A stretch of 64,000 nt of DNA from Candidatus Nealsonbacteria bacterium (GCA_011050465.1 DRFQ01000009.1:64334-128333); one strand, 5' to 3'. Positions 28,071 through 37,622 are shown, counted from the first letter of the stretch. Numbers and translations are program-made. The notes: a model not told the origin generated them from the letters alone.

Positions 28071-28940
28071 TCAAAATTTTTGTAGAATCTTTATTAGCCT
28101 TTTCTCTATAAGTTTTATATTGACTTTTTTTAAATCGTGACCAACCCATAATTTAAAAGCACTGATTGCTTGGTAAATCATCATATCAAGACCAGAGCAA
28201 ACTTTGCCCCCTTTTTTTTCGGCATCCAATAGAAATTTTGTCTTATAAGGATTAAATATAGCATCAAAGAAATATTTACCCTTTAAATCACCGATTTTGT
28301 TAAAAATTTTCTGGTTAACTATTTCTTCATTTGACTTTGGGAACATTCCAACAGGAGTGGCATTTATAATAATATTTGATTTTCTTAAAAATTTCTCTAT
28401 ATTTTCATTATTTAACTTCACCGCATTGATTTTTTTATTTGATTTTACTGAAATGTCATCGGAGACTTTATTTGCCTGTTTTATATTAATATTGAGAATA
28501 GTAATATTTTTACATCTTTTATATAGCTTATATATGATAGCTCTAGCGGCTCCTCCCGCACCAAGGACAACTATTTTGTCATTTCCCCCAACTTTTTTTA
28601 ATTTTTTTTCTATGGCTAATATTGCTCCCTTTGCATCGGTATTGTGGCCAATGAATTTGTTATTTTTAAAAACAACGGTGTTGACTGCCCCAATTTTTCG
28701 AGCTGCGCCGTCTATCTTGTCCAAATATTTAATAACGCTTATCTTATAGGGTAGTGTTATGTTTACACCCCTGAATTTAAGATTATTTAAAGAACTAAGA
28801 GAGGTTTTTAGCTCGGATAATGACTCTACTTCGATTTTTAGATGAGCATACTCTAAACTAGCAGTTTCGGCCAACATTTCAAATAATGCTGGTGATATAC
28901 TGTGATCTACTGGCTTACCTAATAATGCAGAATAATACAT
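28071..28940 (-). CDS. aroE: Shikimate/quinate 5-dehydrogenase family protein
   Basis: Motifs GKPVDHSISP, GVNITLPYK, GAVNT, NTD and LGAGGAARA. Confidence 0.8.
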   Translation of the reverse strand: MYYSALLGKPVDHSISPALFEMLAETASLEYAHLKIEVESLSELKTSLSSLNNLKFRGVNITLPYKISVIKYLDKIDGAARKIGAVNTVVFKNNKFIGHNTDAKGAILAIEKKLKKVGGNDKIVVLGAGGAARAIIYKLYKRCKNITILNINIKQANKVSDDISVKSNKKINAVKLNNENIEKFLRKSNIIINATPVGMFPKSNEEIVNQKIFNKIGDLKGKYFFDAIFNPYKTKFLLDAEKKGGKVCSGLDMMIYQAISAFKLWVGHDLKKVNIKLIEKRLIKILQKF

Positions 28941-29091
28941 AGTATTTAGCTATTAATTTAAAATTATTATGTTAAAATATAGCATTTTTAGATCAAAAAG
29001 TCAACTAACCAACTATTGACAATAGGGGCTTTAATGTGCTATTAATTATTTAGGATGAACCTTAAAAATCAAACATAGAGGAGGTATAACA

Positions 29092-30300
29092 GTGCTACAG
29101 ATAACGGTTACTAACAGTAATTTCAGCATGGACAGATGTAAAGTCGAAATAGTTGAAAGGAAAGGCATCGGTCACCCTGATTGCCTCGCAGATGGAGTGG
29201 CGGAGGCCATTTCTGCGGAATATTCTCGCTATTGTCTGGATCAATTTGGCGCTGTCTTGCATCATAACGTTGATAAAATAGCTTTTATCGGCGGTGAAGC
29301 GAGTGTTGGCTTTGGGGAGGGCGAAATGATTACTCCGGTAAAGTTAATACTCAATGGAAGAATGAGCGTGAGTTTTGGTGGGAAAACAATTGACTATGTT
29401 GAAATACAGAAAAAAGCCGCTAAAGAATATCTTCAGTCGGTTCTTCCTCATTTCAACGTAGAAGAATGGTTAGGGTTTATTACTCTGACTAATTCTTTTT
29501 CCCATCTTTCAACTTGGTTCAAGCCGATGTCATTAGATGATATTCCAGATTACAAAAAGCCACATGCAAATGACACAGCATGCTGCGTTGGCTACTGGCC
29601 ACTATCATTGACCGAAACTTTGGTCCTCGAACTGGAAAATTTCTTTTATTCTGAAACCGGAGAACCCCACTTTAACTTTATTGGACAAGATATCAAGATT
29701 ATGGCGACAAGAAGAGGTCGCCGTATTGATGTCACGATGTGTATACCATTCATATCTCTTGAGACACCGAACCTTAACTTTTATAAGGAGCAATTAACAG
29801 AGATAAAGACCATGCTTCTAGATAAAAGCCGTGAGGTGTTGGGTGACGAGTATGAGGCATCTTTGGAGATCAATACAGCAGATAATCTAATCGAAGGTGA
29901 CTACTACTTGTTACTTTCTGGAACCGCCTTGGAGGGTGGCGAAGAAGGGGCTGTGGGTCGAGGAAATAGGATTAATGGCCTTATTCCTTGTATGAGACCC
30001 TATACAATGGAGTCTCCTTTCGGCAAGAACCCGAATTACCATGTCGGTAAAGTTTATGGATATCTAGCTAACCAAGCGGCGAAAGCAATTGCTGAGGAGC
30101 TAGAATGTGAGTGCTGCGTTTACATTGTTACAGTAAACGGAGATTCATTGAAGCCACCAAGGCATCTCATCGTGGACCTTGATCAGCCGCGTGATTCTTC
30201 CGCGGTTAATCGAATACTTGAAAGAGAAATTTTGGAGGCCGACTATCTTTCAGCCCTTGTTCGTAAACAGGCGATATCTCCGAGATTAAGGAGGCGATAA
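29092..30300 (+). CDS. Archaeal-type S-adenosylmethionine synthetase family protein
   Basis: ERKGIGHPDCLADGVAEAIS ... LHHNVDK resembles the N-terminus of archaeal MAT. Length is about 400 aa. GTG start behind GGAGG. Confidence 0.7.
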   Translation: MLQITVTNSNFSMDRCKVEIVERKGIGHPDCLADGVAEAISAEYSRYCLDQFGAVLHHNVDKIAFIGGEASVGFGEGEMITPVKLILNGRMSVSFGGKTIDYVEIQKKAAKEYLQSVLPHFNVEEWLGFITLTNSFSHLSTWFKPMSLDDIPDYKKPHANDTACCVGYWPLSLTETLVLELENFFYSETGEPHFNFIGQDIKIMATRRGRRIDVTMCIPFISLETPNLNFYKEQLTEIKTMLLDKSREVLGDEYEASLEINTADNLIEGDYYLLLSGTALEGGEEGAVGRGNRINGLIPCMRPYTMESPFGKNPNYHVGKVYGYLANQAAKAIAEELECECCVYIVTVNGDSLKPPRHLIVDLDQPRDSSAVNRILEREILEADYLSALVRKQAISPRLRRR

Positions 30301-30302
30301 TT

Positions 30303-31265
30303 ATGAGTAGCCAAGCAAAGTTTCTCTGCAGTTTATGGCAAGGAAAACACGGTGTAGATATCTACAGTAGCACACAGAGGATACTTCCTTCGTTAAAAAA
30401 TGCCGACTTAGTGGCGTTTATTCCTGGCTATACCTGTAAGCAAGATCTAATTAATGCTGGCTACTCGATTTGCTACTACGACCAGGAAAAATTTTCATTA
30501 ACCTGCTCAGCAGATAACAAATCGGTTGTAGTCACTGGAGACCTTGAGCTGATCGTGAATGGCGAGGTCATTCCGTATCTTGCTTACGCCCTCTTAGAGA
30601 TGCAAAGACAGGCAGCAGGACAGACTAGCGTACATACGGCAGCTGTGTCACTAAATGGGCGAGGTGTGCTCCTTATGGGTAAAGAAGGGGCAGGCAAGAC
30701 GTCGATGGCTCTTCATCTCTGTTGCGAATACGGATACAAGCTAGTAGCAAACGATATTGCGATTATCGGCTATGATAGAGGCCAAACCTTCATTTATGAG
30801 GGAACCAAATTCTTCTGGTTGAGGCTTGATCCAATGGAAAAGCATCATCCAGATCTCGTTAAATTCTTCCTTTCTTCCGGTGATAGAGACCCATGGACAA
30901 ACCGAACTATTGTGCACCCCCATCAAATAGGAGTGGAGATTGAGACCGAAACAGTACCTATCGCTGCCGTATTCTTCTTACATGTTTACGAATCGGCGGC
31001 GAAGTTACACGTTGAAAGATCGCTGAATAGGTGGCCCCATTTGTATTTGTATGAGAATTTCTCGAGATATATCCGTCGAACTTGTTCGCCAATGATGGGC
31101 GGAAAAGACTTTCACTACCTTGCTTATTTACCCTCACTAGATACTCCCGACTTTCATGCCAACCGTGTAAAGATCATAGACCATTTCATTGAAGATATTG
31201 GTATTTACTATGTGGCTGGGCAATTAAAGGACATTGGAAGTACAATTAACCAAGCGATTTCCTAA
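30303..31265 (+). CDS. HPr-kinase-C-terminal-like P-loop protein
   Basis: HTAAVSLNGRGVLLMGKEGAGKTSMALHLC..GYKLVANDIAII matches the HprK-like pattern H.S.V...G.G.L..G.SG.GKS..A..L...G..L..DD. AGGAGG SD. Starts 2 nt after the preceding stop. Confidence 0.6.
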   Translation: MSSQAKFLCSLWQGKHGVDIYSSTQRILPSLKNADLVAFIPGYTCKQDLINAGYSICYYDQEKFSLTCSADNKSVVVTGDLELIVNGEVIPYLAYALLEMQRQAAGQTSVHTAAVSLNGRGVLLMGKEGAGKTSMALHLCCEYGYKLVANDIAIIGYDRGQTFIYEGTKFFWLRLDPMEKHHPDLVKFFLSSGDRDPWTNRTIVHPHQIGVEIETETVPIAAVFFLHVYESAAKLHVERSLNRWPHLYLYENFSRYIRRTCSPMMGGKDFHYLAYLPSLDTPDFHANRVKIIDHFIEDIGIYYVAGQLKDIGSTINQAIS

Positions 31266-31390
31266 CCATAAGAAGGGACACTAAGATGGTTAATGCCGAC
31301 AGACAAAAAAGTAGACAAATAGATGGTTGAAAAAATTGACATCAAACCACAAAGTTCAGTTGTACCTACAACAACTGATCACTTCTTAAA

Positions 31391-31425
31391 GGGTAGTCGT
31401 CTTTGAACGATTACCCCTTTTTATT
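31391..31425 (+). terminator. Intrinsic terminator
   Basis: Stem gggtagtcg/cgattaccc followed by ctttttatttt. Confidence 0.65.
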
Positions 31426-31451
31426 TTGTAAATTTCTGATATAATTTGGTT

Positions 31452-31853
31452 ATGAGATGCTTGTTTTGCAACATAATTAAAGGTCAGAAGGAAGCGTTCA
31501 AGGTTTGGGAAAACCGTGATTTTATATTGTTTCTTGATGTAAAACCAATCAATCCTGGCCACGTCATTCTTATTACCAAAAAATACATAAGGGATGTATT
31601 TTCTGTACCAGAACCGTTGTACGGCAGAATGTTTCAAACAGTGAAGAGAATTGCTCGAGTGTTGAAAAAACTCACATCAGCGAAACGCATCGGGCTAGCA
31701 ATTGAGGGTTTTGGAGCTCCACACGTCCACATCCACTTGGTACCTGTCAATAAAGGAAACGAACTTAACCCATTAAGAGCAAGGAAGGTTGCGGAGAAAA
31801 AGCTACGGAGTATGCAAAGTGAATTTGCCAGCCGCTTCAAAAGATTAAAGTAA
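31452..31853 (+). CDS. HIT (histidine triad) family nucleotide hydrolase/transferase
   Basis: HVHIHLVP triad and the N-terminal CLFCNII motif. The ATG lies only 6 nt after a TATAAT box (31440-31445), so the mRNA may be leaderless. Confidence 0.85.
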   Translation: MRCLFCNIIKGQKEAFKVWENRDFILFLDVKPINPGHVILITKKYIRDVFSVPEPLYGRMFQTVKRIARVLKKLTSAKRIGLAIEGFGAPHVHIHLVPVNKGNELNPLRARKVAEKKLRSMQSEFASRFKRLK

Positions 31854-31889
31854 AGACTTAGTTTTTCTTATTGGCGGATTTGTATAGAT

Positions 31890-31963
31890 AAGAGGATGGC
31901 TAAGGCCAAACCTCTTTTTTGTTTGTCTTGAAACGGGAATAGTAGTAAAATAGTAGAAAGATT
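31890..31963 (+). promoter_or_regulatory. Family E terminator-plus-promoter module, copy 2
   Basis: Same hairpin and T-run as 18989. TTGTCT (31923-31928), a 17-nt spacer, TAAAAT (31946-31951), with the leader agtagaaagatt abutting the ATG at 31964. Confidence 0.6.
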
Positions 31964-32947
31964 ATGATAATCAATAAAATCTTAAAACAACTTACGCCGG
32001 AGAGGGTGAAAAAAGAGGTTGAGGCAATTCAGAAAATTAAGCTGCCGCCGAAGCTTCAAAAATGGGTAAAGGAATACGAAAAAGTAGGGGATAGGGATGA
32101 GTTTATTTGGAAGTGGACATATAGGATTGTTCAAATAATTACTTTACCTACTATAATTAGAAAATATCAGAAATCTGTATGGGAGATTAAAACCTTAATT
32201 TTGATTATGTTTGCAGTTCTCTTAAATGATGCTGCTGATAAATTGCAAAATAAAGTTCTTTTAAATGAATTAATGAAAATTCCATTTTTGGAAAACTGTA
32301 TAAAATTTGGCTATTTAAATCAAAAAGAGAAAAAATACCTTTTTTTTACTAAAAAATTGTGGAATTATATATCGCATACAATAAAAAGATACCCGCGATA
32401 TAAAGAATTTAAAGATATTTTCAATTTTGACATCGTTCAAGTCCTCAGCGGCTCCCAGCACGACTATCTTATTACAAAAAATTATTATTTTATTAATAAA
32501 ACGGAGTATTGGCTGTACCCACCTCACACCATGGTGGCTATAGTCAGTGGCATGCTTGATTTAATGTGTTCTTCTAAGTTCAATATTCAAGAGTTGAGAA
32601 TAATAAGAGAAGTTCTCTGGCAAGCTCAAAAAATGGCAAGAATTGGTAATTGGCTCAGTAGCTGGAAAAAAGAAATAGAAGAGGAAGATTTTACTAGCGG
32701 GGTTTTTGCTTATGCAATAGATTCTGGTGCGTTGTCTGTTAATGATTTCAAAAAGGAGAATAAATTAGAAATTATAAAAAAGATTGAAAGTTCAAAAATT
32801 GAAAAAAAATTATTAAAAGAGTGGGCACAGTGTTACGATGAGATCAATAATCTCAATAAAAAAATAAAGTCAGTTGATGTTGAAAGATTTCTTTTTGGAT
32901 TAAAGAAATTACTTGTTTCAGAATTAAGTTGCCAAGTATATAAGTAA
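31964..32947 (+). CDS. Hypothetical protein with class I terpenoid-synthase-like motif pair
   Basis: N88-D-A-A-D92 follows a hydrophobic helix. N229-W-L-S-S-W-K-K-E237 fits the N/D-x-x-x-S/T-x-x-x-E pattern 141 residues downstream. Confidence 0.35.
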   Translation: MIINKILKQLTPERVKKEVEAIQKIKLPPKLQKWVKEYEKVGDRDEFIWKWTYRIVQIITLPTIIRKYQKSVWEIKTLILIMFAVLLNDAADKLQNKVLLNELMKIPFLENCIKFGYLNQKEKKYLFFTKKLWNYISHTIKRYPRYKEFKDIFNFDIVQVLSGSQHDYLITKNYYFINKTEYWLYPPHTMVAIVSGMLDLMCSSKFNIQELRIIREVLWQAQKMARIGNWLSSWKKEIEEEDFTSGVFAYAIDSGALSVNDFKKENKLEIIKKIESSKIEKKLLKEWAQCYDEINNLNKKIKSVDVERFLFGLKKLLVSELSCQVYK

Positions 32948-32956
32948 ATTTTTTTT

Positions 32957-34567
32957 ATGTTTGAATTTACTTTAATCAACAAAGCTGTTCTCCTTTTAGT
33001 CAATACTATTGGCCTTGGGATGGCTTTTTGGATTTATTTTACTAATCGGAAAGCAAGGATTAATCAACTATTCTTTTTAATGACAATTTTTGCTCTCCTA
33101 TGGATTACTTTAGTGTACTTTGCGAGTATTTCAACTAACTCATATCAAGCTATTATTTTATCGAGATTATCTTTCGTGCCAGTATATTTATGTTTGGGTA
33201 GTATGTACTTTTTTACAATTTTTTTTCCAAGGAAAGAAAAAAGATCTCTTTTTTTAGATGTAATTGTTTTAGCTGGGCTAATTGGTCTTTCCTTTATTAC
33301 AGTTTTTACTAACCTCCACGTTAAAAATGTTGTGTTTAAGGCATGGGGAGTTTCTCCTGTGTTAGGAGAAGGAAATATTCTCGTATATTCAACAATATTC
33401 TTGATAATCGTTTTATTTTCGGGAATACTTTTTCAAAAATATTTTAGGCTCTCAACAGAAGAAAAATTTAGGACTCAATATTTCTTCTTTGGCTTCTTTA
33501 TTTTTGTTATAATGAACCTTATTTTTAATGTATTTTTAGCTTCGAAATATACAGATTTTCCTTATTATCTTTTTGGTAACTATTCTGTAATTTTTCTCCT
33601 AGGCTTTACTGCATATGCTATCGTGACCAGAGAACTTTTTGGTATCCGCGTAATTTTAACGCAAGCATTAGTAGGAATAATCGCTGTTTTACTTTTGGCG
33701 CAGGCAGTAACTGCGACCGAATGGTTAGAGTTTTCCTGGAAATTCGCTCTGTTTTTGTTATTCATAGTATTCGGTTATTTCTTGATTCAGAGTGTTATTC
33801 GAGAAATCCAGCGGAGGGCGGAGTTGCAGAAGCTTTATGAACAGGTTGATAAATTATCGCGGGCGAAATCCGAGTTTATTTCCATTGCCTCCCATCAATT
33901 AAGAACACCTTTAACCGCTATTAAGGGTTATATTTCAATGCTGATTGAAGGAACTTATGGTAAATTGACAGGGAGAACCATTCCTCCTATGGAAAAAGTT
34001 TATCAGAGCAATGAAAGATTAATCAAATTAGTCAATGATTTGTTGCATGTCTCAAGGATTGAAAGCGGAACATTGAGAATAGACCTTCAGAAAATCTCGC
34101 TGGAGGACATAATTTCTTCGGTTGTAGATGAATTAAAAATTAGGGCTGACGAAAGAAAAATTTATCTGAAATGGGAAAAACCTTCAAAACCCTTGCCTGA
34201 GATTACGGTGGATGCAGATAAATTCAGGCAGGTTATTTTAAATATCATTGATAATTGCATAAAATATACAGAAAAAGGCGGAATAACGGTAGAAACTGAA
34301 CAGAAAAAATCTTCTGTGAAACTTCCTCAGGGTTCAATTCTCACTGTGATTAAAGATACCGGAGAAGGAATGACCGAAGAGGAGATAGAAAAGATGTTTG
34401 AGAGTTTTTCTCGCGGCAAGGCTGGAGCAAAACACTGGACTGCCGGAACAGGCCTTGGCCTCTATATCGCCAGGAAATTCACTGAAGTCCATGGCGGCCG
34501 AGTTTGGGCTGAGTCTCCAGGCGAAGGCAAGGGCTCAACCTTTTATATTGAACTGCCGGTGAAATAA
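32957..34567 (+). CDS. Sensor histidine kinase with a multi-TM N-terminal domain
   Basis: About seven or eight TM helices, H-box SIASHQLRTPLTAIKG, N-box IIDNCIKYT, and G-boxes DTGEGM and GTGLGLYI. Confidence 0.9.
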   Translation: MFEFTLINKAVLLLVNTIGLGMAFWIYFTNRKARINQLFFLMTIFALLWITLVYFASISTNSYQAIILSRLSFVPVYLCLGSMYFFTIFFPRKEKRSLFLDVIVLAGLIGLSFITVFTNLHVKNVVFKAWGVSPVLGEGNILVYSTIFLIIVLFSGILFQKYFRLSTEEKFRTQYFFFGFFIFVIMNLIFNVFLASKYTDFPYYLFGNYSVIFLLGFTAYAIVTRELFGIRVILTQALVGIIAVLLLAQAVTATEWLEFSWKFALFLLFIVFGYFLIQSVIREIQRRAELQKLYEQVDKLSRAKSEFISIASHQLRTPLTAIKGYISMLIEGTYGKLTGRTIPPMEKVYQSNERLIKLVNDLLHVSRIESGTLRIDLQKISLEDIISSVVDELKIRADERKIYLKWEKPSKPLPEITVDADKFRQVILNIIDNCIKYTEKGGITVETEQKKSSVKLPQGSILTVIKDTGEGMTEEEIEKMFESFSRGKAGAKHWTAGTGLGLYIARKFTEVHGGRVWAESPGEGKGSTFYIELPVK

Positions 34568-34588
34568 ACAAGTAAATATTTTCAAACA

Positions 34589-34616
34589 AAAAGGAGCGGC
34601 CGAAGGCCGCTCTTTA
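34589..34616. terminator. Bidirectional terminator between convergent genes
   Basis: 8-bp GC stem gagcggcc/ggccgctc with a gaa loop, flanked by A-rich and T-rich runs. Confidence 0.7.
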
Positions 34617-34617
34617 G

Positions 34618-36270
34618 TTAGTGTTGAATTGGTTGCCAAGCCGGTCTGCTTCCCGACTCGACAATATTCCTTAAATCGGTGCCGTCAATGTTAACCGCAT
34701 AAAGCGGGGGATTACCCGAGAAAACAAGAGAGGTTCCATCTGGAGAGATATCTATGCCATTGTAGCCGGAAAATTTGGATATAAGTTTAGGTTCTTTTCT
34801 TTCTTCCAATAACCAGAGGCCAGAACTGCTGAGAGTAGGTTCTACTTCAACGATAGATGAAGTAAGTCTCCAGCAATCCTCTGGAAAAGAGAGAATTACC
34901 TTTGCACTCTCTTTGGTCCAATACACATCCATTAATTTTGGTAATATGCCCCCACACCATCTTGGCTCATAAGATATGTCGAGTATGGTTTGAGAGGATT
35001 TTGAACCGAGATCGAAAAGCTCATAAGTAAGCTTACCTAATCCTTGTCTGACGAGAACGCGAGCTAATCCTATTTTCTGACCATCTGGTGACCAACTCAG
35101 AAAGATAGGATTTGCTACTGCCCCGAGTGTATTTGACCAAATTAATTCTTTTTCGAGAGCGTCAATATTCATCATCCAAACAGCGGTACCTCTCATTCCT
35201 GTTTGGATATCAATGAAGTTATCATCGATATAAGCTATTTTTTTGCCATCCGGGCTCCAGATCAATGCATTGACTTCAAGTGAGACTCCCAGCTCTAATC
35301 TTTGATATGTCTGCTGAATTGGAAGAGTCTTTGAAGAACTGTTCTCAAGATCAAAGATTGCGAGACTCAGGTTGGAAAATTCACCCTCCCAATAGAGGAA
35401 CTGCTTTCCATCTGGAGATAGTTCCATAAAAGGTTCCTGTTTTATCTGTGTTTCTTCGCCTGTTTTAATATTAATAAGAAACACTCCTTCTGAATCCATG
35501 CCACCGCGATTGTAGAGAATTCGTTTACCATCCGGTAGCCATTCAAATGTCATAACTGATCCAGTAAGGAGTTTTCTCTGCCCAGTGCCGTCACTATTTA
35601 TAAGATACAAATTTGAATCCTGGCCAATATAAGCAATTCTTTCACCTGAAACTTTTGGCAGCAGGGCATTATCTGAGACATAGCTTTCACCTTCGATTGG
35701 AACACCATCCGGCGTTTTAGCTAAAACATCAGCATCAGAAAAAGAAATCTGGATAGATTGGGTATACCAATGCCATTTATCTTGAGGAGTTTCCTGGACT
35801 TGGAAATGCAAATGGGCACCACAGACATAGCCTGTACTATCAGCTCGGGCAATTTCTTGCCCTTGTTCAATTAATTCACCTTCCTTAACTGTTACTGAGT
35901 TGTACTGGAGATGAAGGTAAAGAGCAGACGTTCCATCGCCGTGATCAATAATTACATAATTAACATGACCGATGGAACTTTCATCACAGCCTCCTGTATT
36001 TGAATTATCCTTGACAGCGAAAACTGTACCTGCTCGACTGGCGACCATGGGGTCTCCATCCGTTAGAGTAAAATCAAAGGCATATATTCCATATCCTCTG
36101 AAATGCTGTTTACCATGAGAAAAAGAGCCGAAATTTCCTTGACGTACTGTATATTCCTTTCCCGCCGGATAAGGAAGTTTGTGAGGACTTTCTTGGGCAA
36201 AGCTTAGAGTTGAGCTGGTGAAAAAGAAATGAAGTACTATCACTACTGCTAGCGTTAATTCTCGGATCAC
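34618..36270 (-). CDS. Secreted M23 (LytM-type) metallopeptidase fused to a TolB-like beta-propeller
   Basis: Signal peptide; HxxxD (HGDGTSALYLH) and HLHFQV motifs. The C-terminal part has repeated SPDG/LPDGK..I.Y propeller blades. GTG start behind GGAGG. Confidence 0.8.
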   Translation of the reverse strand: MIRELTLAVVIVLHFFFTSSTLSFAQESPHKLPYPAGKEYTVRQGNFGSFSHGKQHFRGYGIYAFDFTLTDGDPMVASRAGTVFAVKDNSNTGGCDESSIGHVNYVIIDHGDGTSALYLHLQYNSVTVKEGELIEQGQEIARADSTGYVCGAHLHFQVQETPQDKWHWYTQSIQISFSDADVLAKTPDGVPIEGESYVSDNALLPKVSGERIAYIGQDSNLYLINSDGTGQRKLLTGSVMTFEWLPDGKRILYNRGGMDSEGVFLINIKTGEETQIKQEPFMELSPDGKQFLYWEGEFSNLSLAIFDLENSSSKTLPIQQTYQRLELGVSLEVNALIWSPDGKKIAYIDDNFIDIQTGMRGTAVWMMNIDALEKELIWSNTLGAVANPIFLSWSPDGQKIGLARVLVRQGLGKLTYELFDLGSKSSQTILDISYEPRWCGGILPKLMDVYWTKESAKVILSFPEDCWRLTSSIVEVEPTLSSSGLWLLEERKEPKLISKFSGYNGIDISPDGTSLVFSGNPPLYAVNIDGTDLRNIVESGSRPAWQPIQH

Positions 36271-36287
36271 CTTCCTTACCTCCTCTT

Positions 36288-36824
36288 TTAATCTTTTGTA
36301 CAGAACATCTGATAGAATTCTTTATTTTTCTGTGAAATCAGAGTATCAGGTACTAAAAGAAGCCATTGGCAGAATCTTTCATCACCCTCCCAAGCTATCT
36401 CCCAGGCTTGATTCATTCTTCGAAACAGAAAAGCCACACCTTCAGTGCCTATATATTCCCGCGTGCTTTCGAAACGAGCTGCGGTTCCGATGACTGCCCA
36501 TTCTTCTGTCATATTCAACTGTTCAATGCTCACAAATTGACCCTTCTCTTTAAGGGCGTTGCCCATTGAAATGAAATCCTCATTATTATAAATTGCTTCT
36601 TTAATTTCTTTTTCCACTTCAGGATCAATTTTCCCCGCAGGTACATTCCAGATAATTCCGGGTGGGGGAGTGATTTCTTCTTCAGCAGGCGTTACTTCAG
36701 GAGCATTAATTTCTTCAGAAATTTCTTCTTTTTCCGGCCAGGCGAAAAAGATGGCCAGGCCAACAACTATCAAAATAGTAACTATCGCTGGAATCCAGAT
36801 TTTTGGTGAAATTTTCCTCATCAT
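36288..36824 (-). CDS. Membrane-anchored hypothetical protein
   Basis: N-terminal TM helix and an acidic linker. The ORF ends 17 nt upstream of the M23 gene start, with similarly elevated GC. Confidence 0.5.
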   Translation of the reverse strand: MMRKISPKIWIPAIVTILIVVGLAIFFAWPEKEEISEEINAPEVTPAEEEITPPPGIIWNVPAGKIDPEVEKEIKEAIYNNEDFISMGNALKEKGQFVSIEQLNMTEEWAVIGTAARFESTREYIGTEGVAFLFRRMNQAWEIAWEGDERFCQWLLLVPDTLISQKNKEFYQMFCTKD

Positions 36825-37263
36825 TTTCTTATTCTACCTCCTTTCAGGGTTTCGAACAATCCATATTCAGTTTTTGAAGAGCTGATTTATTTATAACTTG
36901 TTCGCCAGTATTTGTAAACGAAAGAAGCTTTCAAATAAAGAAAAATCTATTACAATAAGTCCAATGAAAAGAATTCTCAACAAAGAAACTCCAAAATACT
37001 TAGAGAAAAAAGTGAAAACCCGAACAATTAGAGATTTTTTCAAAAGCTAAAACCTTACCTTTTTCCATTGAAACTTCTGGTTATGAAGGGTAAATTGACT
37101 TTTATTTTTAAAAGAATTAAAATTAAGAACAACATGAGAAAAAGTAAAAAAGACAGAAGAAAACAGAGACTTAAAAAAAGATTGCCTAAAAATATCTTCA
37201 AAACAAAAAGATAATGTTTTTTTTGAGTTTCAAGAACTGCCTTAAGAAGGCGGTTTTTTGATA

Positions 37264-37345
37264 TTCGCCCGAGGATTACTTGTCCTGCCGCCCCTGGTAG
37301 TAGGGGCGGGAGTTTATCGAAGGATTGTCTCGGGTTTTTTGTTGT
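37264..37345 (+). other. Long GC-rich compound hairpin ending in a T-run
   Basis: Outer stem cccgag/ctcggg and inner stem ccgcccct/aggggcgg, followed by tttttt. Confidence 0.4.
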
Positions 37346-37415
37346 GTTAAAGTAAACCCAGTAGAAGAATTTCGAATGAAAAATTTAGAAATTTCTTTAC
37401 TGGGTGAATATAAAT

Positions 37416-37622
37416 ATGAGAAAACTTTACAAAAGTAAAGAGAATAAGATTCTCGCTGGAATTATTGGTGGCATCGGAGAGTATTTGAATGTGGACCCTG
37501 TTATTCTGAGGGTTGTTTGGATTGTAATAGTTGTCTTTACCGGCTTTGTACCAGGCATTATTGTCTATCTGGTTGCTGGTTTTGTTGTGTCCGATAAGCC
37601 AAAAGAAATAACGAGTAAATAA
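37416..37622 (+). CDS. PspC-domain membrane protein
   Basis: LYKSKENKILAGIIGGIGEYLNVDPVILRVVWIV is the PspC domain signature. Confidence 0.8.
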   Translation: MRKLYKSKENKILAGIIGGIGEYLNVDPVILRVVWIVIVVFTGFVPGIIVYLVAGFVVSDKPKEITSK

